This document shows positions 10,844 to 21,800 of a stretch of 64,000 bases of DNA, one piece after another. Source of the DNA: Haliotis rubra (Eukaryota); the NCBI RefSeq assembly GCF_003918875.1, contig NW_025767024.1:3348001-3412000 (forward strand), written 5' to 3'. Made by a program: the position numbers and the translations under genes. Positions within the stretch are counted from its first letter, which is position 1, and every line of letters begins with the position of its first letter. The notes below the pieces were generated by a model, which searched no databases, was not told where the DNA came from, and was given only the letters and a program-made list of their open reading frames with translations.

Positions 10844-11461
10844 ACATCACATTAAAATCAGATCTTATTCCAAATGAAACCTCTTTGCATTCAGATCTGA
10901 AAGCATGTAAATAATGGCTGCATCAGAATGCATCAGCAAGTGGGTACGGAGTGATTAAACCCAACGTTCAGATCAAGATGTCTGTTTTATTGCTAAACAA
11001 GATACTATAGATGATATTGTTGTCAGCATTTCTGTGTGCCATGGTTTTTACACCCAAGTACAACAAATCTTGATTTAACTACCATTGAGGTTGAGATTGA
11101 TTACATATTTCATCATAATTTGTATCAGAGAGAGTGAAACTCGTGAAAGCGCCATCATATTATTTCACATTAATATTATCAACAATCTTGGCATATACAT
11201 AACAGTGCTGGATTTTGCTTTGTCTGCTTCTTATTTATTGCTACGCTTAGCAATATTTCAGTTTTAAGATGTCAATTTGTAAAAGGTCTGGACCAGACAA
11301 ACATGAATTCATCTAGGCCAGTTGGATATGAATCGACCAATTCAGTGGGCCTGGGCTCCAGATCCTGTTTGCTGACTCTCATGACAACCATGAATTTATC
11401 TTCACCATGATTTCAATCATAGGTACCCAAATCATTTACATGTATTTGCCAATTCCCAGAG

Positions 11462-11764
11462 ATCACCTTGACCTTTATAATATGACCTTGACCTTTATAC
11501 ATATCACCTTGACCTTTATACATATCACCTTGACCTTTATACACATCACCGTGACCTTTATACATATCACCTTGACCTTTATACACATCACCTTGACCTT
11601 TATACACATCACCTTGACCTTTATACACATCACCGTGACCTTTATACACATCACCGTGACCTTTATACATATCACCTTGACCTTTATACACATCACCTTG
11701 ACCTTTATACATATCACCTTGACCTTTATACACATCACCTTGACCTTTATACACATCACCTTGG
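11462..11764. repeat. 21-bp minisatellite (CATCACCTTGACCTTTATACA), about 14 copies, SLX9 intron 4
   Basis: Direct reading of the sequence. Confidence 0.95.
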
Positions 11765-11903
11765 CTTTTAGTTTTATGTTGTTGTCACTAACATTTAATG
11801 TGGTATGATTTGTATATGGGTAATTCCATGGACACTGACATATTTCATCCCGACTCTCCATGCTCACTAGAACTGTAACCACGGATACAATTTGGGGACT
11901 TAC

Positions 11904-11960
11904 ATTTGCTTCCTCCTCTTCCTCTCCTTGGCCACGCCTCTCACCTTCTCAGGGTTGGAT
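11904..11960 (-). CDS. SLX9: SLX9 exon 4
   Basis: ctttcag|A SNPEKVRGVAKERKRRKQ AT|gtaagt; phases consistent on both sides. Confidence 0.85.
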
Positions 11961-12131
11961 CTGAAAGTCGAACACCAAGATAACTCACCAAGATAACTCA
12001 CCGAGATGACTCATCAGACCATGATCCTGATCATGGGAAACACATTCAGTAACTAGAACACTCTCAAATACAGACAGTATTTCTACTTGCTTTGAGTCCA
12101 ATTTACGTGTGACTTCCCTGAATATGAATAC

Positions 12132-12548
12132 TAGTGGTGATCCGATTAATTGAAATAATCGAAGATTGGTCGCAGTGACTAAACGACCAAGCAATCGATC
12201 ACGTTTTCTCATAATCGAACACAAACAATTCTGGAACACTTGTTTTCATCAACAATATTTTTCACAAGGTTGGTTTTATCTGTTACATTTCATAAGCATT
12301 ATAAGCTCATTCCAAGTCATGATTGAATTTATCTTAAAGACACCAAGAAATTTATGTTCCTAACATACTAGTCATCCTTTAGAGATGTGAAATTTTGCTC
12401 AAACCCCCTAAAATAACTACATATTTTTTATATATGTTTTTGTGCATTAACAAATTTCATAAATAACGCTAACCAATTATTTTCGATGATTGATCGGTGG
12501 TAATGAACCAATCATCAATTATGAGATTTTAACCAATTCCCAACACTA
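12132..12548 (+). mobile_element. hAT-type MITE
   Basis: TAGTG...CACTA ends, perfect 8-bp TSD ATGAATAC. Confidence 0.85.
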
Positions 12549-13042
12549 ATGAATACTAAGGCAGAAATTTCTAGCATAAAGGAACATTTTTGTTGCAGAC
12601 TGTCAATTCTTATCAACAGTAATCATGACTTCCTGACTGTCATTCATAAACATATGTCTCACCAAACTGTCATGTATGTCTATATATATACAGTGGAACC
12701 CTATCAATCTGGAAAGTAGTGTTCCCTGTTAAAATATCCAGAATAACAAATGTGTGAATAATGAGTATCGCATGGCTGTATAATGTCCCTTTTACAAGTG
12801 AAGTTTGGGTGCTGTTTAACACAGCACTCAAATGCATTCCAGCTGAATTATGACAGTTTTGGATTATTTTCATAATTTTTTTCTCAAAGTTTGAAAGTGT
12901 ATTTCTACAACATGTACATAATTTTCTGACATAAGGACTAGGATATATTGATGAACAATATTCTAATGACTGATATCCTGATGCACGATATATTGAGGAA
13001 TGATATCCTTATGCATGATATACTGATGCATGATATACTGAC

Positions 13043-13190
13043 TGCCTCTGGGACTTGCTGCCTTCCTTCATCAGCAACTCCAGCGTGGGGAGCGCTTCCT
13101 CCATCACTGACATGTCTCCAACAATAGGGGTCTTCTCTCGCTTCTTCTTGTCCTTGGCCTTCTGTTTGGCTGCCTTCACTGCATCAATTT
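13043..13190 (-). CDS. SLX9: SLX9 exon 3
   Basis: KIDAVKAAKQKAKDKKKREKTPIVGDMSVMEEALPTLE, the conserved VGD....ALP motif; AG/GT boundaries. Confidence 0.92.
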
Positions 13191-13767
13191 CTGTCAAGTA
13201 GAGATGTCAAGTAACTTCTGAGTGCCAATATTGTATGTTCTTTCTCCAGTATAGTTTTGTTGTAATGCTCCACAAATGTATGTTTGAAACATGTTCATTG
13301 ACGTTAAAAGATATGGGATTGATCAAATAACAGCTCAGTTTTTTCACTACAAGTTTTGAAAAATTTCTTAGATGATTTGTTAACCATAAGAGCTGTGATA
13401 AACAGTCTAAACTCAGAAATTAAAAGATATCAGATGGAATAAGTGCAGCATAAAAAGTAGACAATATTTTTATAAAAGTTTTGAAAGAATGTTTTACTCA
13501 ACTGATCACGGATCATGCTGATTTAACATGATAAATGAATACAAAACAATTAAATAACACACATAACATTGAAACTTAATCACATGCTAAAGTGGATGAC
13601 AACATTTATAGTCTACCTTTACCTTCAGTAATCATAAAACTATGCAAATCTCATGTATCCATGGTAACATAACCAATAACACTTTCACAGACTTTCAGTG
13701 ATGCGCTCACTGCACATTATTGCATATTACAGCACATTGTTCTACATGGAACATGTTCAATACTCAC

Positions 13768-13975
13768 TCTGCATGAAAACTTCATGTCTGATTTTCCTCT
13801 TGTCCTTTTTCTTGAGATTCAATCCTTTGAACGTTTTGCTGGTCACTGTACTGCGAGTGTCGAAGTCTGGCAGTTTCTGAGCAAGAGCTTTGTTGTCTAT
13901 CTTCAGAGAGCTGAAAATGTTGTCAGACAAAGAAACATCCTTGGGCTCGACTGCAGCTTTAGAGGAACCATTCGT
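13768..13975 (-). CDS. SLX9: SLX9 exon 2
   Basis: ttccag|TNGSS...NIFSSLKIDNKALAQKL...LKKKDKRKIRHEVFMQ|gtgagt. Confidence 0.92.
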
Positions 13976-13999
13976 CTGGAAGTGGAGAGAATAAGAATA

Positions 14000-14161
14000 G
14001 TGAGTGAGTTTGGTTTTACGCCGCTTTTAGCAATATTCCAGCAATATCACGACGGGGGACACCAGAAATGAGCTTCACATATTGTACCCATGTGGGGAAT
14101 CGAACCCTGGTCTTCTGCGTGACGAGCGAACGCTTTAACCATCAGGCTACCCCACCGCCCC
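14000..14161 (-). mobile_element. SINE family A
   Basis: Full-length consensus match. Confidence 0.9.
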
Positions 14162-14506
14162 AGAATAAAAATAAGAAACATCATGAACTGCAGGTTGCAT
14201 ATGCTATGTGGACTGAGAAATAACTTACTTTGTTTTTCATTAAAAAAACTCACTTTAGTCAAGTACAATTATTTTGAAGAATAGTGAGTGAGTGAGTGAG
14301 TTTAGTTTTATGCCGCACTCAGCAATATTCCAGTTATATGGTGGCGGTCTATTTTGAAGAATAGATAGTCGAAGTAAACTTACGCTCAATATTAGGCTCA
14401 GATGTGTAACAAATAATACTGAGCCTAAGTTTACTTAGACTGGTAGAATAGAGTGTAACATATTAATCATGGAATTTCCGATTTGTAATTGTATAGACTA
14501 GAGTCT

Positions 14507-14801
14507 ACATGTTGGGGAAACCAACTGATTGGCCTAAAATAGGCCAAACGGGACATTATAGGCCATTCTGCCTAATTTGCCATTGGCCGATCGGCCTATA
14601 ATTATGATATTTATCAAATACATTTGAGGATGTTAACATCATTCAGGTTTTGATGTCCTAAGGTTTTCATCATTCATTCAAACCCATTTTGAGAATTTCC
14701 ATGCGGAAATTGATAGTTTCTGAAATAATTAGAAAAATGTTCAAATATAGCCCGATCGGCCTCTAGCAAAACAGGCAGAACGGCTAGGTTTCCCCTACCT
14801 G
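14507..14801. mobile_element. MITE, probably hAT-type
   Basis: CATGTTGGGGAAACC ... GGTTTCCCCTACCTG terminal inverted repeats; TSD unclear. Confidence 0.6.
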
Positions 14802-14884
14802 GTCTAGACTACCCGTCTGAGCTACATGGTACAGGATCATTGACATTAAACACAATTTGCCCGTGCCTCTGCAACTCAACTAAC

Positions 14885-14986
14885 CACATTTGCTTTAGTT
14901 TTGTCGACTAAGCTAGTCTTCTCCTCTTTCTTTGGTTTAATGGGCGTGTTGTGGAGTTTAGATCGTTGTCGTTTCACTTTCCCCAT
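14885..14986 (-). CDS. SLX9: SLX9 exon 1 (start)
   Basis: ATG MGKVKRQRSKLHNTPIKPK...|gttagt, like human MGKVRGLRARVH; the five exons total 645 nt (214 aa plus stop). Confidence 0.92.
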
Positions 14987-15039
14987 GTTGGACGTTAGTT
15001 TTGAGTCAGAAACACCAAAATAACACAAGATACGTTCAA

Positions 15040-15130
15040 CAACACATGCACGCCTTGGGCGCGGCCATTTTGTTTTGAGAAAGATTTACCTCCCTTTGGT
15101 AAGAGCGCATTCGAGAGGAAATACCCCCTC
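15040..15130. promoter_or_regulatory. Putative SLX9 proximal promoter with YY1-like motif
   Basis: GCGGCCATTTTG at ~15061, about 75 bp upstream of the ATG. Confidence 0.4.
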
Positions 15131-15337
15131 CAGGGAGATAACTCGTCGAGGCTTAATGAGAGCAATCTCCACTCATGAATCTTCTGGTTTTCCTGTTTGA
15201 TCCGGATTTATATTGCATGAGTTCCTACTTTTCAGGAACGAAATAGTACTTACTTACGGTTTTAAAGTACAAACTTGAATATGAAGTTTGACTGGTTATC
15301 CGTCTCATTTCCATACCTTACTTTGCTCTCATTAAAC

Positions 15338-15530
15338 AATGCCATTTTAGAAAGTGGTCGAATGTAACGTGTTATATTTGGCATTACACTTTCTTAGTAA
15401 AGTACAGATTCTAGTACTTTTGGGGTTGAGTCCCATCCGGGATTCGAACCCACATCCCCAGAGTCCACCTAATCGCCAGCACACTAAGTCAGCCGCCTAA
15501 CCTTCTCAGTCACCGCGACTTCCACAAAAT
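15338..15530 (-). mobile_element. tRNA-derived SINE-like family E, single copy
   Basis: Homologous to 7876-8048; B box GGTTCGAATCCC. Confidence 0.7.
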
Positions 15531-15801
15531 GAAAGTCGGACAGCTGGGCACAGACATAGTAATTACCTTAAACGGACCAAATCAGTCTGAAACCGAAATA
15601 TCAAACCACGTTGCAATGAGTGAGCACGACATACTAATGTTCATGAGGTAATTATTGAAAAGAATATGGCACGCGCAGACACATACATACACACACACAC
15701 GCACGCACGCATGCATGGATATACATACATACACATGGGTACAACGTGTGGACACTTATGGTAAGGTACTTTTGGTATGTGTCCTCCATTGTTCTCGCCA
15801 C

Positions 15802-15965
15802 GAGTGAGTGAGTATGGTTTTACGCCGCTTTTAGCAATATTCCAGCAATATCGCGGCGGGGAACACCAGAAGTGAGCTTCACACATTGTACCCATGTGGG
15901 GAATCGAACCAGGGTCTTAGGCGTGACGAGCCAACGCTTTAACCATTAGGATACGTCACCACCCC
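15802..15965 (-). mobile_element. SINE family A
   Basis: Consensus match; TSD GTTC(T/C)CGCCACGA. Confidence 0.9.
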
Positions 15966-16032
15966 GTTCCCGCCACGAAGGAATCAGAAGCATAGAGAAT
16001 CTGCCCTGCCGACACCAACGTTTGACAGGGCA

Positions 16033-16335
16033 GAACCCGTGAAGATCCGGGTTAGAAATGGTCTTGTCAGAGGCGCCTAACGGGATCGGGTGATCAGACT
16101 CGCTGACATTGACACATGTCATCGTATCCCAGTTGTGTAGATCGATGCTCATACTGTTGATCACAGGATGGTCCTGTCCAGATTTAATCACTTACACACC
16201 GCCATTCTCTTCCCACAGAGGTTACTTGTCATTTCTTTCGTAGGAAGATATGACAAGTAACCTCTGTGGGAAGAGAATGACACACCGCCGCAAACAGGTG
16301 GAATATTGCTTAGTGCGGCATAAAACAACATACAA
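16033..16335 (+). mobile_element. SINE-like family C interrupted by a MITE
   Basis: Consensus match on both sides of the insertion. Confidence 0.8.
16203..16279. mobile_element. 77-bp MITE with 30-bp perfect TIRs and 9-bp TSD (Mutator-like)
   Basis: CATTCTCTTCCCACAGAGGTTACTTGTCAT and its reverse complement; TSD ACACACCGC. Confidence 0.85.
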
Positions 16336-16529
16336 ACAGGGCAGATCACGTCAGAACATTACCATGACCGTCACATTATGTTAAACATTAGTTATGCTCT
16401 GACGCTCTGTCCATATGTAACACCAATATATCACTAAGTTATTTATGTTTTTGTTTATGAATTTTTTTTATTTTATTGTGCTTTTTCGTAAATTCACAGT
16501 CAATATGTCTAGCCTGGTTGCCAACGTAT

Positions 16530-16655
16530 TTATTGGGATACGATGACAAGTGTCAACAAAGCCAGCGAGCCTGACCACCCGATCCCGTTAGTCGCCTCTT
16601 ACGACAAGCATGGGTTACTGAAGATTCATTCTAACCCGGCGGACCTTCACTGGTC
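16530..16655 (-). mobile_element. SINE-like family C, 5' half
   Basis: Consensus match. Confidence 0.8.
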
Positions 16656-16911
16656 ACACATTTAGAATACACTGAGCCCTACACATACGCGTTAGTGACG
16701 ACAATCCCAGAAGATTGTGTAGGTGAATCTGACATATTTGTGTTTCCCGATCGGAACCGAGGATGTTACGAGTCTGTTTGCCGAACATTTGGGTCAAGTG
16801 TTGGAATGCACTGTCCAACAAATTACATGATCAGAATCAACGAAAGGAAAACCGGGGACAGAAGTGACAGAATTAGACACAAGCTAGTGAATACCTCTCA
16901 GCACGCTTTCT

Positions 16912-17088
16912 TAGTCTGTCTCACAGTCCCTGAACCAAATTATTTTCCCTACTGTCTAGCATTGCCTGCAATCCTAAAACACCAAGTGAAGCAAGTCTAG
17001 ATTTCCTCACGTTCTGAATCTCCCATCTCGCCGGGGTTCCTTTTCAATTTAAATGGGTATATTTGTTACTATCAAAATTATGAATATT
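16912..17088 (+). mobile_element. Academ-like MITE, 3'-truncated
   Basis: TAGTCTGTCTCACAGTCCCTGAACC start shared with other copies. Confidence 0.75.
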
Positions 17089-17121
17089 GTTACATGACGT
17101 CAATTTCAGTCCACCTATGGA

Positions 17122-17460
17122 GTGAGGTGAGGTGAGGTGAAATTGGGTTTTACGTCGTGCTTGAGAATATTTCGCTCATATGACGACGTGCATGCGTGTG
17201 TATGTGTATGTGCGGCTGCTTGTACTAGCCCAGACTTAAGCTGGTTTTATAGTGCTAGCCCACTGAGATACCATGCCGCAGTGAAGCCTGAATACCCCAC
17301 TCAGACACATTATACTGCCTCCGAGCCGACCAGTCCTTGTTGTACCCATTAATGCCGAGCGCCATATTTTAACGTCGTTTGGTATGACGCTGTCGGGGAT
17401 CGAACCCGCGACCTTCCGCTCCCTGGGCGGACGCTCTAACCACTACACCACGGAGGCGGT
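17122..17460 (-). mobile_element. SINE family B (Meta-like)
   Basis: Near full length; TSD CACCTATGGAGTGA. Confidence 0.9.
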
Positions 17461-18124
17461 CACCTATGGAGTGATTGAGTGAGTAGATTATGACATAACG
17501 TTACATTGCCAATATTTCAGTCAACGTATGCAGTGAGTGAGTTAAAATGCAATAATAAAATATTTCAACGCACTTGTGAAAACTGCTAAGACTGTCGCAA
17601 TGGGTAAAATAATGAAAGATAATTAGAACACATACCTCCCACAAACCAGTGGTCATGTTTTGTTAGAAGGACTATCACATAATCTGTTTCTAGTTTCTAG
17701 TTTCCACATGTTCACTGGTAGGGATATTGGTTACAGTGAGAGTGGAGTCTTTGTGATTTATGAGACAGAAACTTTATGATTTGTGACAGAGTCTTTGTGA
17801 TTTTAGCAACCGCAAGGCGAGGGTAAGGTACAATAAATGTCCTGTAGACGTCCAAAATCAACTTTATAAGGGAATTAATTCCACGTTTACCTCAGTGCTA
17901 TGTTCCTTCAGGAACGAATATAGCTATATTACTTTGAAAACCCTTGATAATCATGCAAAGTCATAAATTGTTAAGATTTTCATATTTTTGTTATAATGAA
18001 TTGACATATTTGGAAAGAGTGATTGATTAAATTATTGAAGCATGCAAAGTCAGCATTCCTATTGGGTTTATCGTCCACTATAAAGAATCATGTGCTGCTT
18101 AATCAGCGAAAAGAAGACAAATAT

Positions 18125-18450
18125 TGAAAACACTGAACTGCTCCATTGTCTAACTTCTCGTTAACAAGTTACAGCTTGCTCAACATTCAGCCGCAAGACT
18201 CATTACAAGGACAAGATATTTTGATAACATAAGTCCAATTCTCCGTCAACTACATTGGTTGCCTGTACTCAGTAGGATTCAGTACAATATCCTCCTCCTT
18301 GTGTTTAAAGCAACGCATGGTCTTGCACCACAGTATTTGCAATGTCTCATAACCAGCTACAGACCATCAAGAACTCTTCGTTCGGGTGATCAGAATCTGC
18401 TCTGTGTGCCATCATCTCGCAAATCATCGTATGGAGATAGGTCCTTTGCA
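18125..18450 (+). mobile_element. L2-clade LINE ORF2 C-terminal fragment
   Basis: AARLITRT...ISPILRQLHWLPV..RIQYNILLLVFKATHGLAPQYL...YRPSRTLRS...GDRSF. Confidence 0.85.
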
Positions 18451-18451
18451 G

Positions 18452-18675
18452 AATATTGATCATCATTAACCCATGCTTATCGTAAGAGGCGACTAACGGG
18501 ATTGGGTGGTCAGGTTCGCTGACTTGGTTGACACATGTCATTGACTCCCCATTGCGCAGATCGATGCTCATGCTGTTGATCACTGGATTGTCTGGTCCAG
18601 ACTCGATTATTTACAGACCGCCGCCATATAGCTGGAATATTGCTGAGTGCGACGTAAAACTAACCTCACTCACTC
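18452..18675 (+). mobile_element. SINE-like family C
   Basis: Consensus match. Confidence 0.85.
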
Positions 18676-18868
18676 TCCCGACGTCCCGATCCTTTGTTTG
18701 TTCTCACAATACCTTGGTTTCACAACAACTTCACTAACTTTAAAAAACATTACATGTTTAAATACGGTGTGATCTCTAAAGTGTGTCCCAAATGAAATTA
18801 GTTTTTAAATGGGAGCTGTCTTGTGTCAGATATTATTCTGTTTCGTTTGCTGCGGCTCATCCATACAG

Positions 18869-21800
18869 CACTCATTCTCAATTAAAGTGCACATTTGCCG
18901 TCGACGAGTTTGCAAGATGCGATTCATTAAAACAAAAGCACTTTCGTATCTTAAAATACATTAATAATAACAAGTAAAGTATGGGACACATAAGTATCAA
19001 GAAAGTTAACCAGTAATTTAAACAATGTTTAGATGGATTGACATACATAGGTAGGGGGTACGTTTTTTCTGGTGTCGGTAAGTGACGTATTCGTCAATAA
19101 AAGCTGCCTACTAAGAGGACAACCGCTACCACGACTCAAATGTAGGTTTGTTTTGAAAGCAGTCAGGTACTGTTTATGACATGAAACATTAAACACGCAT
19201 TATCAAACATACACAATTTCAATATAACCAATTAACAATTGTCTACACCACCCGTGTAATTTACGTTATGTCAGATTGTATTACCGGTAGCTAATAGCTC
19301 GAAACTGATACAATACCAAAATATGTGTTATTTAGGACCTGAAATGTTCTAGTATAGATAACAAGCATTTATTGTCAACGAAAGATACATGTTAGTTGAA
19401 TACAGACCAGTAATGTTCGATTTTATGACCGATTTTTTAAGAACGTAATCATACGTGACGGTGATTATATTGTAGAGTTGCTGCATAGCATTATGGGACC
19501 ATTGGTTACTTTGAAACGACATTACCCTCTACAGTTTAATACAACATTAAAGCAGAAACAGAACCGCAGAACCCGGATGATCACTTAAGATAAACCGAAT
19601 GTAATTTACGTTTTGTAATTTACGTTTAATTGACAGTTATATTTGTCCATGACGTTAAATAGGAACCCCCAAAAGGCACCTAAAGTCACGTGTTAGCACC
19701 CGTTGAATTTCTGCATGCGAGCAGGGAGCGTTGTTCAATGAAGAATCAAGTTTTTCATGGCAAACATCATTGGTGGACGGTATGTATGAATGAGTCCTCG
19801 CATTTTACCACTTCTTATTTGTACTTATATGTGTTTTTGATATTTTCTGACACTTCATGAATTCAGCAGACGTACTAATATGAAACAGTACTGATTCTAT
19901 GGTTTCCATTGTCGTCCATGCAACTTTTCACCATAACGTAAATTACTAAAACTGTTACGTAAATTTCACAGGAATATTTCTTACGGAATCGTTACTTAAG
20001 GTGATAAAACAATTTAACATGTTGATGAAATTGAAGTGTACGCTTTGTCAACTTTACAGATTGCATTTTAACTCACACTAAATCAGTATGAATCAAAAGT
20101 AAACAAATGTTTTATCCCAATGTCTCATTGTGTGATTGTTGCTTGTAGATATCTCAATGTGACACGACTGTCTCGGCCATGTTTACAGAAAAATGTTCAT
20201 TTCTCTATTGATTACATATCTGATGCAAAGATTTTACTGTTTTTTGTAATCTTTGTCGCTTAATCATAATTCAGTCTTTGGATTTAACAAGAACGTAAGT
20301 TACAACGTAAATTACAACGTAAATTACAACATAAATTATGTCCTTTGTACTACCAACAACTGCATACTTAGCTTTCTTAACTGCCTCTTTCTTCAATAGA
20401 CTATATTAGAAACACACATTTACGGTTTTTAACGTGTTTTATTGCAGTTAGTATGGCCAAAACACAGGCAGAGCGGCAAAGAGACTACAGGGAGAGAAAA
20501 AAGGCAGAGCTGGGAGATGAGTGGAAAACAAAAGAAACAAAACGCGTCAAGAAATATTTGTTCCGACTAGTTCACTGACAAGAACAGAAAAAACAAAACG
20601 AAGAGAAAGAAACAAAAGAAATGTACAGAAATATAGAAACAAAGTGAAGGCAATTCTTGCTAGAATGGACGAAGACAATCAGCCGCATTCTGGAGGGTCT
20701 GATAACATGGTGGCTGGAAATTGTGATGAGAACGGCGTATCCAGTACGTCCAGTACGGCACCCCTGATCGTGAAACTTCCCAAGACCTCCCTGGGGTTAT
20801 TGGGTGCATCCAGGACAAGAAAACGCGTCAGTCGAGCTACATCTAAGGCCAATAGGAAATTGAAAAGCCTGACACATTCAAACATGTATCTAAAGCGACG
20901 TGTGAAGAGGGTTGAGAAGCGGTATGAACGTCTCCAGAAAAGGATGAAAATAACTGCCAATACAGCAAGTCCTGGTAAAGCTGTAGACTCTGAGATGAGA
21001 AATGCTGGCGTCAGTCCAGTGAAGAGTCCAACACTCCGGAAAAAGCTTATTTTGGGAGCATGCCTGTCTGAAGAGTTAGCTGCCGCAAACAGAATCAATT
21101 CGTCAGGAACAAGAAACCTTATTGCTCGGGTTGCATCGGGTAAAATCATTAAGAAGTACAGGTTGACAACAGCGCTGTCCAAGGTCAGTACTATCTCGCG
21201 AAAGCGTCTGGTGAGCTCCAATTCTAAAATACTGAATCTGAAACGAAAATGTAATGTGGTTGCACAGCAGCTTCGGAACAAAGTAACATATTTTCTAGAG
21301 AGAGAGGACAACTCACGTCTCATGCCTGGAAAGGCAGATGCTGTGAAGGGAGAGGTGAAAGGACAAAAAGTCCAAAAGTATATCCTCCAGCGATTATCTC
21401 AGAAACCTTCACCTAAAATTTCAGGCAGAATATCCGGAAGTCAAGCTGTCCTTGGCCTCATTCTGTAGGATGCGACCAAAACATGTGGCTTTAGTGAACT
21501 TTGCCGCCCGTGTCACATGTCTTTGTATAAAACACCAGAATTTTGCACTGAAGTTAAAAACACTGAAACTTTTAAATTTGACCACCATTACCAGTCCTGA
21601 TAAATTTGTAGAAACACACTGTGAGCATGGAATAGCAGCTGTGTTAGATGGCGTGAGGTTTGAGATGGCGCTGTGAACTTCAAGGAATGGAGAAGGGTGA
21701 CAACAGAGGACGGTAAACAGAGAATGAAGGTTGTTGAGGTGCAGATGTCTAAAGGCGGACTTTGTTACAAAGATGAATGAACAGTTCGCAGATGTTACAG

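Noticed and set aside
11407-11882. Repetitive ORFs (YKGQGDM / ITLTFIH) and a CRISPR-like appearance
   Set aside because: Pure 21-bp tandem repeat with no unique spacers, in a eukaryotic intron
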